Of a stretch of 64,000 bases of DNA, positions 29,220-38,832 are shown one piece after another. A program made the translations under genes and the position numbers. Location of the stretch: contig JASEGV010000003.1 in the NCBI GenBank assembly GCA_030017895.1, positions 15,200 to 79,199 of the forward strand. Reading direction: 5' to 3'. The DNA comes from Bacteroidota bacterium. Lineage in GTDB: Bacteria; Bacteroidota; Ignavibacteria; UBA10030; BY39. The notes below the pieces were generated by a model. That model was not told where the DNA came from. It worked only from the letters and a program-made list of their open reading frames with translations, and did not search any database. Numbering within the stretch: position 1 is the stretch's first letter; every line of letters begins with the position of its first letter.

Positions 29220-29279
29220 CCTATTTCAGGACAAGACAACCGAAACCAAGAACCATTAACTAATAACTAAATTATCTAC

Positions 29280-30560
29280 TCATTGAATCCCCAATAAATT
29301 CACGAGATACAAACTCAACTGCGGGATGTATGTAACGAGAATCAGAATAATCAATCTGATTAAAATGAAGGGGAGTGTTGAAGTATAAACTTCGGATATC
29401 GGCTTTTGAAAACGGTAACTTGATATAAAAAGATTCAATCCAACCGGTGGAGTTACATAACCGATTTCCAAATTAACAAGAAATATTATTCCTAAATGAA
29501 CAGGGTCAACGCCATAAGCTAATGCAATCGGAATGATTAACGGAACAACAACAATCGTTGCCGAGAAGATATCCATCATCATCCCAACTATCAATAAAAA
29601 TATATTTAACAGAATCAGGAATAATATTTTGCTCGTAATAAGTTCCTGTATAAATGTGAATAGTTTCATCGGAACTTCGGCATCAATCAGATAATTGGTT
29701 AAACCCAATGCGGTTCCTAAAATAATTAGAATAGCACCGACAAGCACCATACTATCCTGCATTATTTTGGGAACATCTTTAAATAATTTCAGGTCGCGAT
29801 AAATAAATACCTCGACTACAACAACATAAAAAGCAGTAATAGCAGCCGCTTCGGTAACAGTGAAAAGGCCGCCGTAAATTCCGCCAATAATAATAAAAGG
29901 GAGTGGTATTTCCCATGCGGCGTTTTTAAATGCTTCAAATAAATTTTTAAAAGTGAATTGAATTTTAGGAATTTCCGATTTTATTCCGTGCCTGACGCTA
30001 TAAACTGAGAGGACAATCAGCAATATCATACCGGGGACGAAGCCGGCTACAAATAATTTGTCGATGCTGATTTTTGCAACAAGCCCGTATAAAATAATTG
30101 GCAAGCTTGGAGGGAACAGCAAACCTAAACTCCCTGAAGTGGTCATCAATCCGAGTGAAAATTTTTCGGGATAGTTTTCCTTAAGCAGAATCGGGTAAAG
30201 CAAACCGCCGAGTGCAATAATGGTAACACCCGAAGCGCCTGTGAAAGCTGTGAAAATGGCACAGGAAACTAATGAAACAATTGCTAAACCTCCGGGGAAC
30301 CAACCGAACAAAGCACGCGCTATACCGACTATCCGTTGCGGCGATTTACTTTCTGCTAAAACATAACCAGCGAAAGTGAATAACGGAATTGCAATTAATG
30401 TAGGTGAGCTTGCTAAACGATTAAGTTCCACAATCACGGCGGACATATCGATAGCCGCCGAATGAAAAGCGAGTAATGCAATTGCCCCGATGATTGCAAA
30501 AAGAGGAGAACCGAATAAAGCGAGTAACAGAATTGCAATAACGATTAAGACTGTTTCCAT
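29280..30560 (-). CDS. dctM: TRAP transporter large permease subunit (DctM family)
   Basis: 426 aa, ~12 TM segments, DctM-like conserved stretches (AIPLFTFAGYVLAESKSPQRIV...; GLLFPPSLPIILYG). Confidence 0.9.
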   Translation of the reverse strand: METVLIVIAILLLALFGSPLFAIIGAIALLAFHSAAIDMSAVIVELNRLASSPTLIAIPLFTFAGYVLAESKSPQRIVGIARALFGWFPGGLAIVSLVSCAIFTAFTGASGVTIIALGGLLYPILLKENYPEKFSLGLMTTSGSLGLLFPPSLPIILYGLVAKISIDKLFVAGFVPGMILLIVLSVYSVRHGIKSEIPKIQFTFKNLFEAFKNAAWEIPLPFIIIGGIYGGLFTVTEAAAITAFYVVVVEVFIYRDLKLFKDVPKIMQDSMVLVGAILIILGTALGLTNYLIDAEVPMKLFTFIQELITSKILFLILLNIFLLIVGMMMDIFSATIVVVPLIIPIALAYGVDPVHLGIIFLVNLEIGYVTPPVGLNLFISSYRFQKPISEVYTSTLPFILIRLIILILVTYIPQLSLYLVNLLGIQ

Positions 30561-31078
30561 TAACTAACGACTTTCGTGGTTTGAGGAAATACAGCTTTAA
30601 TAAAATATTGAAGAGCAAAAAGGAAGAAACGGAAGAGCATCATTCCAAATCCGATTGGAACAATAAGCTGCATCCACCAAGAAAAAATATTTACTTCGCC
30701 GATAGTGAATAAAATAGTTTCTGAAGCATACTCATCGAATAAGAAAGTCAAGGAAGCTTTCAGAAGGAAAAAAGAGACTACGGCAGCAAAAACATAAATA
30801 ACGGTTTTTACAAAATGCCGCCTTCTTTCGGGAAGAAAGCGGCTGAAGATATCGACATTAATATTTTTTTCGTTATGAGTTGCAAGCGATGCACCCAAAA
30901 ATGCAATCCAGAGTACGAAATTTCGAAGCAGCGGATCGACCCAAAGAATACCGGTTGAAAAAACATTCCGAAGTACTACTTGCAAAAATGAAAGCAGAAT
31001 CATCAAGCCAAGCAAAATTACAGCAAGCGATTTTTCTGCTGTAGAGATAGAATTGCTGATTTGCAGGAGGAATTTCAT
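30560..31078 (-). CDS. dctQ: TRAP transporter small permease subunit (DctQ family)
   Basis: 172 aa, 4 TM helices, start/stop overlap with dctM and dctP. Confidence 0.75.
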   Translation of the reverse strand: MKFLLQISNSISTAEKSLAVILLGLMILLSFLQVVLRNVFSTGILWVDPLLRNFVLWIAFLGASLATHNEKNINVDIFSRFLPERRRHFVKTVIYVFAAVVSFFLLKASLTFLFDEYASETILFTIGEVNIFSWWMQLIVPIGFGMMLFRFFLFALQYFIKAVFPQTTKVVS

Positions 31079-32082
31079 TGAGACGATTTGGTTTTCGAGT
31101 TCCTATAATCTAAAATGGATTGTTCAATTCTATTTAAGAATTCAGAAGAGTAAAGTTTGTTCACCAGTGAGCGACGGGCTATTTTTCCAATATCTTCGTA
31201 TTCAATAATAAATTTATCGGATGCGGGGGATGTTTGTTTTATTCCATTTTTCTTTAAAGTCTCAAGTGCTTTTGCATTGTCTTCACGTGAAAGTCGTGTT
31301 AACTTCGCCATATATTTTTTGCCGTTTCGTAAAAGAATTTCTTGTAAATCTTTTGGCAGTTGGTCATACATTTTTTTGGAGATAACCACAGCACCGGCGG
31401 CATCGGCAAGGGGAAGTGTGAAAACATATTTCACTCGAGTCCACCATTGAAGTCCTAAAGCCGCAAGAGGCGATGTATAAACGCCATCAATCAATTTTGT
31501 TTGCAGTGAAGTAAGAACATCTGTAACCGAAAGAGGTATCGGATTCAAACCCAACGATTTGAAAGCTGCTTCAGCAATCGGGTCGCCTTCCCACGCCCAC
31601 ATTTTTACATTCTTCATATCTTCTTTTTTGTTGATTGGAACGTTCGTAAAAACATAGACGAAGCCAACCTCAGCCCAACCGAGCAAAATATAGCCGCCAT
31701 CTTCAAAACTTGATGTAAATTCTTGATCAAATTTGTTGTAGATATGATCTACTTCATCGTAAGATTTAAACAGGAAGGGAGAATCGAGAATCCGTGCTTT
31801 GGGTGCAATTTCGCCGATGCCAACTCCGGTTATACCGGTGCTGTGTAATTGTCCGAGACGGACTTTGCGCAGCACATCTTTTTCATCGCCTTGCACACCT
31901 CCAGCATAAAGTTTGAAACCGAGTTTGCCGCCGCTTTCTTTTCGAATCGCAGCATCATACTCTCTCATAACATTCATCCAGGTAGTCCCGTCGGGAGCGA
32001 GTGTCGCAAATTTAATTGTAAATTGTTGTGCGTTCACTAATGATATAATAAAAATTGAAAGGAATAAGATATATTTTTTCAA
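31075..32082 (-). CDS. dctP: TRAP transporter substrate-binding protein (DctP/TatP-like)
   Basis: Signal peptide, ~335 aa periplasmic binding protein. Operon context with dctQM. Confidence 0.8.
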   Translation of the reverse strand: MKKYILFLSIFIISLVNAQQFTIKFATLAPDGTTWMNVMREYDAAIRKESGGKLGFKLYAGGVQGDEKDVLRKVRLGQLHSTGITGVGIGEIAPKARILDSPFLFKSYDEVDHIYNKFDQEFTSSFEDGGYILLGWAEVGFVYVFTNVPINKKEDMKNVKMWAWEGDPIAEAAFKSLGLNPIPLSVTDVLTSLQTKLIDGVYTSPLAALGLQWWTRVKYVFTLPLADAAGAVVISKKMYDQLPKDLQEILLRNGKKYMAKLTRLSREDNAKALETLKKNGIKQTSPASDKFIIEYEDIGKIARRSLVNKLYSSEFLNRIEQSILDYRNSKTKSSQ

Positions 32083-32095
32083 AGTTTCTCCGGTG

Positions 32096-32956
32096 TTAAA
32101 ATAAATCGTTTATTTGATTACGAAGTCTTTCGGCTTTATTCTTTGCGATTGCGTTAGATAAACGCGCCTCGGGCAAAACGTCTATAGATGTTTCATCCAC
32201 TTTTGTTAATAACTCTTCAAATAGATTTTGGTCTTGTATTTGAACTGCATAAGTGCGAGCATAATAAACATACGACATTAAGAATTTTCCTCCGTTTATA
32301 TGTAAACATTTTTCAAAATGTTTCTTTGCTTCGTCGGGATTTCCTCCTAAAACTTTTGGACGGCTACCGTATAACGCTCCTAAAAAGAAGTGAGCGCCCC
32401 CATAAAAATAGGAACTATCATTTTCGGCAACATATTTCATAATCGCTTCTACTTTCGGCAAATCTGCCAATGCTTCAGGTTCTGTGAGGGATAGACTTAC
32501 ATAACTTCCCCAACCGATTCCGGTCCAAAACAGAAGTGGGATATCGCTTTTAGAAAATGTTCGAAGTGCATTGGAAAAATTTTCTAAATCTCCTGATGTT
32601 GTTGCAGCGAATGCTTTATTTTTTTTAAGTAGAAGCATTCCATAATTTTTTGATCGTAAATAAAAATTTCGTGCTCGTCCGGGAGAGTCATCTTCTACGA
32701 AACCCAGAGCATAGCTCGAGTATCCCATAGTTGCAAGTAAAAGGAGTTTCTCATTTTTGGGATCGCTTTTTATCATTGCTTCAAGTAGTTTCAGATTTGA
32801 TGCGGCGCTTTTTTCAGCGATATCTAAATCCGACTCTTCATTCAAAACAATAAAACCATTTTCCATCAAACCGCCCATCGAACGGATGGCAATTTGTTGT
32901 ATGCTGCAGCCAGAAATAACAGCCAATAGAAATGTTATCGTAATTATTATTTTCAT
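32096..32956 (-). CDS. TPR lipoprotein, TatT-like component of a TPAT (TPR-protein-associated TRAP) transporter
   Basis: Lipobox (LLAVISGCS). ~286 aa helical/TPR-like protein encoded immediately upstream of dctP-dctQ-dctM, the arrangement described for TatT/TatPT systems. Confidence 0.5.
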   Translation of the reverse strand: MKIIITITFLLAVISGCSIQQIAIRSMGGLMENGFIVLNEESDLDIAEKSAASNLKLLEAMIKSDPKNEKLLLLATMGYSSYALGFVEDDSPGRARNFYLRSKNYGMLLLKKNKAFAATTSGDLENFSNALRTFSKSDIPLLFWTGIGWGSYVSLSLTEPEALADLPKVEAIMKYVAENDSSYFYGGAHFFLGALYGSRPKVLGGNPDEAKKHFEKCLHINGGKFLMSYVYYARTYAVQIQDQNLFEELLTKVDETSIDVLPEARLSNAIAKNKAERLRNQINDLF

Positions 32957-33222
32957 TGTGAAAAGGTCAAAAAATTTATTTTCAATATACCGAAATGTGT
33001 GATTAAAAACACGTAGCTATTTCATTTCGGAATCAGATTTTGTATTTTACAGAAGAACAAATGATAACTTTAATAAAAAAGGTTTTATATAATGGTGCTA
33101 TTAAAAACTGAAACAAAGAAAAAGATACGGAACATAACATTTTATGTAACAGGAGGTATCTTCGTCGTTTTGGTAGTCAAATTTATTATTAATGTATTTT
33201 TTCAAACTATATTCTAATATCA

Positions 33223-36200
33223 CTAAAAATCAGTACCTAATGAAATGTAATATTTAGGTGTCGAAAATCCTTGCAAGTTGAACCACCATCCAACATCAAC
33301 TTTAACTAAAAAACCGAGTAGAACTAATCTAGTCCCGAAACCTGTTCCACCAAGTAGATCTTTCATATATGTACCTTCGCTGTTTTTAGCAAAAGCTTGA
33401 AAATCTTTTTTATGATGCCACGAGCCACCTAAATCGAGAAACATTACACCGGTTAAAGATTGCAAAAAAATCGGTAAAGGACCTGCAGCCAGATAGCCAA
33501 AAAACGGGAAGCGGAATTCGTTGTTGATTAAAAAATATTTTGTACCGATACGAGTATTGTAAATGTATCCTCTTAAAGGCACACCCGCTGTCAGAAAGAG
33601 AACATCTTCAGCATTCTCTATAGGCACTTGCTCGTTAGTGAATTGCCGGTTAAGCCAGTTCTCAACTCCACCGATAATAAATCTTTGAGGATTAGCACCG
33701 AAACTCGCACCTCCTGCGAATCGAAAGGCGAAAGTATAATATTTCCAAAGTTTGAAGTAAGTTCGATAATCACCTAATATCGAAACGAAATTTAAACCTT
33801 CTTGTGAAGTTTTTGGTGTTCCATACATAGTTAGGTTGTAGCGGCTTCCATTTCCGGGTGAAGTTATTCCCCAGAGGGAATTATCGTGCACAAAACTCAA
33901 CGATGGGAGAATTAAACTCCTTCGTTGAATCGGCTCGGAAGGTAAATCGAGGTTTTCTCTTGTGAGTGCGAAGTAAGATAGTCCCAAATCGAAGCGATAA
34001 AATTTTGTTATTGGATAGGAGGCAGAGACCGAACCTCCATAAGTTCTGAATCTGTACAAAAAGCTAACATAATTATTACCTAAGACAATAAAACGTGCGC
34101 TATGAAAACCTGAAATGCCATAATCAATTCTTGCTGGTAACGAATAATATGCAAGCATGTAGTCGCTGTTTTTCAGGTCGCCTACTAAATTTGTAATAAA
34201 TATTATTTGGTGATCGCCTAACATATCGCTGAATGCCATCACAGTCGAGCCTTGTATTCCATAATAAGTACTGAAGCCGGCATTTCCATAAACAATATCG
34301 GGTGAAAAATTTAATTTATACTTGTTGACTATAAAGTCGCCATTTTCATCGCGATTATCTCTTATTGTTTTATCCGATGTAGTATCGGATTTATCAAAAG
34401 TATTTACAGATTTGGGTTGGCTGAAAACGTAATTTCTTAAATCTACTTTTACATCCTTTCCATAAATACTGGTTGAGTCCTCATCGGTACTAATGATAAT
34501 ATCTTCCGAAAGTTTAATAGTATCCTTTGTAGTTGACTCCACAACAAGTTTAACCGGTTTCTGCTGTTGTTGTTTTATAAAATCTGTTGGTTCTAATTCT
34601 AATAGATTTAAGTTTTTTTCAAGTGGAGTTCGCATAAGGAAGAGATCAAAACCTCCATTGACCATCGAGGCAAAGCATAATTTGTTACCATCTTTGCTCA
34701 TAGAAATTTGGTAAACTCCGGTTAACGAATTTGTGAGTGGTTTATATGTATTGGTTTCTAAGTTGTAAACATAGATATTATTTATACCGTTAATATCCGA
34801 TATAAATAAAATATTTTTACCGTCCGGTGATGCTATTGGCGAGGTTTCCTCGCTATGGGGGAGTTCTAAAATCCGTGTAATCAATTTTGTTTCAATATCT
34901 ATTTTATACAAGTCTTTTTCATCATGTTGATAGTCTTGCATTTTGAAGTTCGTTGGATATGAATCGGGGGAGAGAAAACCCTTCCGGTCGGATGTAAAAT
35001 AAATTGTTTGCCCATCCGGCGACCATGCCGGTTCATAGTCGGAAAAAATATCTTGTGTGATATTTAGTAATTCCTTTGTATTAAAATCGTATGTGTAAAC
35101 ATCTGATTGCTTAGGTGTATTTCCTATAAATGTAAGTTTGTCGCCTTTTGGAGACCAGTCAACAGAAAATATCCCATCTAAACCAAATTCTAATTTACTA
35201 CTTGTGCCGCTGTTCACATCGACTACTATAACGGCATCTTGAGCGCCACTTTTTGCTGCAAGTGCAAGTTTGGTTCCGTCGGGTGACCACGACATTCCCG
35301 GAGTCAAGAGGTGCAACTCTTCAAAATCGGCAGTTCGTTGACCTTTTATTAGTTTCTTATCTATTTTGCCATCAAGCGAATTCATAACAAAAACATCAAA
35401 GTAATCGTCGCGATTCGAGATAAAAGCAACACGATCACCTTGAGGCGAAATAGCAGGGCTTGTATTATAAAAGCTCCCTTCTTTTTTATGTTCGGTTAAT
35501 CGTTGGGCATAGTCGCTTGGTTCTTCACGCTTTGCAATATCGGGCCAATAAGTAACCTTCATTTCTTTTTGCCAGCGTTCGTTAAGGTCTTCAATTCCAA
35601 GCCCGATTGCCGACTTGAATCCTTGTTCAACGTTTCGTGAGCCTTTAATCCGACTTAAAATTTCACTAATCTTTTGTTCGCCATATTTATTTGCAATGTA
35701 ATACCAAACCGACTGACCACCGCGGTAAGCAAAATAACCGCCAAGGTATTCGATTGGCGGCAGGTTTTCGTGTATCGTTGCATCGCGGATGAACATATCG
35801 GAATCTGTATCCCATTTGAGCGCTTCATACTCAGCCAAACCTTCGTTGAACCAAAGAGGAAGCTGAATCATTATATTGTTCGCAATTATTGCTTGCAGCG
35901 AACCGCCATAAAACATATCGTTGATTACACCGTGAACGAGTTCGTGGTGAATCACGTGTCTGAATTTTTTATAGTCGCCTTCGAACGGTATTACAATTCT
36001 GTTTTTAAACAACTCAGTTACACCGCCGATGCCTTCTTCCATATATTGATAAATTACATTTGTTTGCTGGAAATCGTTGTGCGAATTATAAACAATAATA
36101 GCAATCCGGTTCGTGATTTCATAACCAAAAGACTTGCTGATAGACTTGTATGCTAACTCGGCAGCTTCAGCAGCATACTGAGCAATATCTTTACCTCCTT

Positions 36201-36363
36201 CAGTAAAATAAACATCAAAGTGAGCAGATTGGATAAAGGAGTAATCAAATTTTTTATATTGAACTTTGTTTTTTCCAAAATTAGTTTCTTGAGGTGTTAC
36301 CGTTCCAAATATAAGAAGGGAAACCGCAATCAAGAGGAATAGTTTTAAATATATATTTTTCAT
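33223..36363 (-). CDS. Large outer-membrane protein with three parts: N-terminal HExxH zincin-like domain, central TolB-type PD40 beta-propeller repeats, C-terminal Omp85/surface-antigen-like beta-barrel
   Basis: Signal peptide. HHELVHGV...(~33 aa)...NEGLAEYE (HExxH + downstream Glu). At least 5 PD40-like blades (SPQGDRVAFISNRDD; WSPDGTKLALAAK; WSPKGDKLTFIG; PAWSPDGQTIYFTSDR; ASPDGKNILFISD). C-terminal ~350 aa of alternating aromatic beta-strands ending ...YYISLGTDF. Confidence 0.6.
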   Translation of the reverse strand: MKNIYLKLFLLIAVSLLIFGTVTPQETNFGKNKVQYKKFDYSFIQSAHFDVYFTEGGKDIAQYAAEAAELAYKSISKSFGYEITNRIAIIVYNSHNDFQQTNVIYQYMEEGIGGVTELFKNRIVIPFEGDYKKFRHVIHHELVHGVINDMFYGGSLQAIIANNIMIQLPLWFNEGLAEYEALKWDTDSDMFIRDATIHENLPPIEYLGGYFAYRGGQSVWYYIANKYGEQKISEILSRIKGSRNVEQGFKSAIGLGIEDLNERWQKEMKVTYWPDIAKREEPSDYAQRLTEHKKEGSFYNTSPAISPQGDRVAFISNRDDYFDVFVMNSLDGKIDKKLIKGQRTADFEELHLLTPGMSWSPDGTKLALAAKSGAQDAVIVVDVNSGTSSKLEFGLDGIFSVDWSPKGDKLTFIGNTPKQSDVYTYDFNTKELLNITQDIFSDYEPAWSPDGQTIYFTSDRKGFLSPDSYPTNFKMQDYQHDEKDLYKIDIETKLITRILELPHSEETSPIASPDGKNILFISDINGINNIYVYNLETNTYKPLTNSLTGVYQISMSKDGNKLCFASMVNGGFDLFLMRTPLEKNLNLLELEPTDFIKQQQQKPVKLVVESTTKDTIKLSEDIIISTDEDSTSIYGKDVKVDLRNYVFSQPKSVNTFDKSDTTSDKTIRDNRDENGDFIVNKYKLNFSPDIVYGNAGFSTYYGIQGSTVMAFSDMLGDHQIIFITNLVGDLKNSDYMLAYYSLPARIDYGISGFHSARFIVLGNNYVSFLYRFRTYGGSVSASYPITKFYRFDLGLSYFALTRENLDLPSEPIQRRSLILPSLSFVHDNSLWGITSPGNGSRYNLTMYGTPKTSQEGLNFVSILGDYRTYFKLWKYYTFAFRFAGGASFGANPQRFIIGGVENWLNRQFTNEQVPIENAEDVLFLTAGVPLRGYIYNTRIGTKYFLINNEFRFPFFGYLAAGPLPIFLQSLTGVMFLDLGGSWHHKKDFQAFAKNSEGTYMKDLLGGTGFGTRLVLLGFLVKVDVGWWFNLQGFSTPKYYISLGTDF

Positions 36364-36422
36364 ATCGATACCAATACTTATTTATTCTGTAATTAATTAA
36401 ACGTTTTGAATGTATAAAAGAT

Positions 36423-37202
36423 TCATAATTTGAAATTAGCGATAACGATTCCGCAAGCTACAGCAACATTTAGCGATTCAGCTTTGCCGAACCTCGGGAT
36501 TGTTATGGTTGTATCTGCGATTCTTTGGATTTCATCGGATATCCCGTGCGACTCGCTGCCAAAAACAAAAACTGATTTCTTTTGATAATTTTGTGATTGG
36601 AGCGGACTTCCATTCATAGTTGCCGCATAAACTTTGTAACCAAAAGTTTTTGCATCACTTAACCATCGCACTAAATCAACATTCCTGTAAATTGGGAAAT
36701 GAAAAACCGAGCCCATCGTACCTCTTACAACTTTCGGATTAAACAGTTCCACGCTCTCTTGCCCGATTAGTAAAGCATCAGTTTTAAACCAGTCGCAAAT
36801 TCTGATAATAGTTCCAAGGTTACCGGCATCCGAAATTCTGTCAACAGCAACAATAACTGAGTTGAGTGAATAATTTAAGGGTTCTGTAATTTTTTCTTCA
36901 ACAATTGCTGCTATACCCTGTGCAGTTAGAGTGTCGGTCATAGCGTCCAAATCATTTGAGGAAATCTGAAATACCGGAACGCCTTTTTCCTCAATCATAT
37001 TAAATAAATCTTTATTCGAAAGATTAGAAAAGCATTCATTTGTAACTAACACCGATTCCGTTATCCAATCGGAAGCCAAAGCTTCCTGAACGATTTTTAC
37101 TCCTTCAATTATGAACTTTCTTTCGATTTCTCTAAACTTTTTTTGAGAAAGTTTACGAATAGATTTCAATTTTTCTTTGGTTAATTGAGATAGCATCTTC
37201 AT
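36423..37202 (-). CDS. TrmH/SpoU-family RNA 2'-O-methyltransferase (RlmB-like)
   Basis: IVAVDRISDAGNLGTIIRICDWF ... VFVFGSESHGIS ... ESLNVAVACGIV SPOUT motifs. Confidence 0.85.
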   Translation of the reverse strand: MKMLSQLTKEKLKSIRKLSQKKFREIERKFIIEGVKIVQEALASDWITESVLVTNECFSNLSNKDLFNMIEEKGVPVFQISSNDLDAMTDTLTAQGIAAIVEEKITEPLNYSLNSVIVAVDRISDAGNLGTIIRICDWFKTDALLIGQESVELFNPKVVRGTMGSVFHFPIYRNVDLVRWLSDAKTFGYKVYAATMNGSPLQSQNYQKKSVFVFGSESHGISDEIQRIADTTITIPRFGKAESLNVAVACGIVIANFKL

Positions 37203-37312
37203 TTATTTAAAATATAGATAAATACGGTAATAATTCAAAATATAACATACTTGAAAGTAAGTTAGTTTCTGCATATATTTAAAAAGAATATTTAAATTAA
37301 CTTCATAACATA

Positions 37313-38332
37313 ATGTTAATACCAGAAAAACGATTAGAAGAAATTTTCAAAAATTTAAACGGCAAAAAAGTTGCAATCATAGGCGATTTAATGATTGACC
37401 GATATTTTTGGGGAACAGTTACACGTATTTCTCCGGAAGCGCCCGTACCTGTTGTCGAAATAGATTCGGAATCTAACAGGCTTGGTGGAGCAGCTAATGT
37501 TGCTAATAATATCAAATCATTAGGTGGCATACCAATGCTTCTTGGTCTATTAGGCAACGACGGAAGCGGGAAGAATTTTTTAGACATCTGTACACAACAA
37601 AGTTTAGATACATCTGGAATTATTTCCGATGACGACCGCCCGACTACAGTTAAGACTCGCGTTATTGCACATAACCAGCATGTAGTTCGGATTGATCGAG
37701 AATCAAAGAGCGAAGCAAATAGCAGTTTGCAACAAAAACTTTTACAAATTTTAGAATCAAATATTTCTTCTATAGATGCTATCATTATTGAAGATTATAA
37801 CAAAGGGGTTGTGGGTAAAGAAATTATTTTAGGTGCTGTTAAGATAAGTAAAAAATACGATAAGATAATTACGATTGACCCGAAGTTTAATAATTTTTTT
37901 GAATATAAAAACGTTACAGTTTTTAAACCTAACCGGAAAGAAACCGAAGAAGCGCTTGGAATAAAATTACTGAACGATCAAAACCTCGAGTACGCGGGAA
38001 AAAAACTCGTTGAAACATTACAAGCAGAGCACGTCATAATCACGAGAGGCGAGTATGGTATGGCGGTGTTTGGACAGAACGGTAGTTTCAAAAACATCCA
38101 AACAACTGCACGCTCTGTGTTAGATGTTTCAGGAGCAGGGGACACAGTTATCTCGACCCTTACTATGGCAATGACAAGCGGAGCAGATATACTTGAGGCT
38201 GCTTTAATGGCAAATACTGCCGGGGGTATCGTGTGCGGTGAAGTTGGAATTGTACCAATCGATAAAGATGAATTGTTTCAGACTCTTTTAGAAGATATGA
38301 ATCACCGACCTCCAAGAAAAACGGGTAAATAA
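37313..38332 (+). CDS. hldA: D-glycero-beta-D-manno-heptose-7-phosphate kinase (HldE kinase domain encoded as a separate gene, PfkB family)
   Basis: GDLMIDRYFWG...ISPEAPVPVV...LGGAANVANN...DVSGAGDTV(ISTLT) match the RfaE domain I / PfkB motifs. Confidence 0.8.
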   Translation: MLIPEKRLEEIFKNLNGKKVAIIGDLMIDRYFWGTVTRISPEAPVPVVEIDSESNRLGGAANVANNIKSLGGIPMLLGLLGNDGSGKNFLDICTQQSLDTSGIISDDDRPTTVKTRVIAHNQHVVRIDRESKSEANSSLQQKLLQILESNISSIDAIIIEDYNKGVVGKEIILGAVKISKKYDKIITIDPKFNNFFEYKNVTVFKPNRKETEEALGIKLLNDQNLEYAGKKLVETLQAEHVIITRGEYGMAVFGQNGSFKNIQTTARSVLDVSGAGDTVISTLTMAMTSGADILEAALMANTAGGIVCGEVGIVPIDKDELFQTLLEDMNHRPPRKTGK

Positions 38333-38832
38333 TGGGAAAAATAGTTTCGAAGGAAGAATTAATCAGCATTCGGGCTTTACAAAAAAAGCAAAAGAAAAAA
38401 ATCGTTTTCACAAACGGGGTATTTGATATAATCCATCGCGGACACGTTGAATACTTGATGAAAGCAAAATCGGCCGGAGATGTTCTTATTGTTGGCTTGA
38501 ACTCAGACGCTTCAGTCAGAAGAATTAAAGGCGACAAAAGACCGATTGTTAGTCAACAGGACAGGGCTTTTGTGTTAGCTAATCTTTGTCCCGTCGATTT
38601 TGTTTGTATCTTTGAAGAAGAAACACCTTTGAAATTAATAGAAGATATCCTTCCGGATGTTCTGGTGAAAGGCGCCGATTGGAATATAGAAAATATCGTG
38701 GGGAAAAATATTGTTGAAGCCAACGGTGGTAAAGTAGCTACGATAGAGTTTATTCAGGATCGTTCTACGACAAATATCGTAGATACAATAATAAAAAAGT
38801 ATTGTTCAAATACTCAATCAGGGAATGATTAA
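38332..38832 (+). CDS. hldC: D-glycero-beta-D-manno-heptose-1-phosphate adenylyltransferase (HldE C-terminal domain as a separate gene)
   Basis: Cytidylyltransferase-like VFTNGVFDIIHRGHVEYL ... LIVGLNSDASVRRIKG. TAATG start/stop overlap with the kinase gene. Confidence 0.8.
   Translation: MGKIVSKEELISIRALQKKQKKKIVFTNGVFDIIHRGHVEYLMKAKSAGDVLIVGLNSDASVRRIKGDKRPIVSQQDRAFVLANLCPVDFVCIFEEETPLKLIEDILPDVLVKGADWNIENIVGKNIVEANGGKVATIEFIQDRSTTNIVDTIIKKYCSNTQSGND

Larger units (their letters stand above)
28010..29238 (-). mobile_element. IS3-family insertion sequence (~1.23 kb) with 25-bp imperfect terminal inverted repeats. Transposase reading frames are fragmented (decayed copy)
   Basis: Left end TGTCTTGTCCTGAAAAAAGTTGACA (28010-28034). 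Right end is the reverse complement of TGTCTTGTCCTGAAATAGGTTGACA (29214-29238), 22/25 match, with TG...CA termini. Contains OrfA (HTH, leucine zipper) and OrfB (rve DDE core) fragments on the minus strand. An A8 run at 28884-28891 is the likely slippery site. No clear target-site duplication. Confidence 0.75.

Noticed and set aside
37303-37785. 160-aa minus-strand ORF
   Set aside because: Entirely antisense to the well-supported heptose-7-phosphate kinase gene. No motifs.
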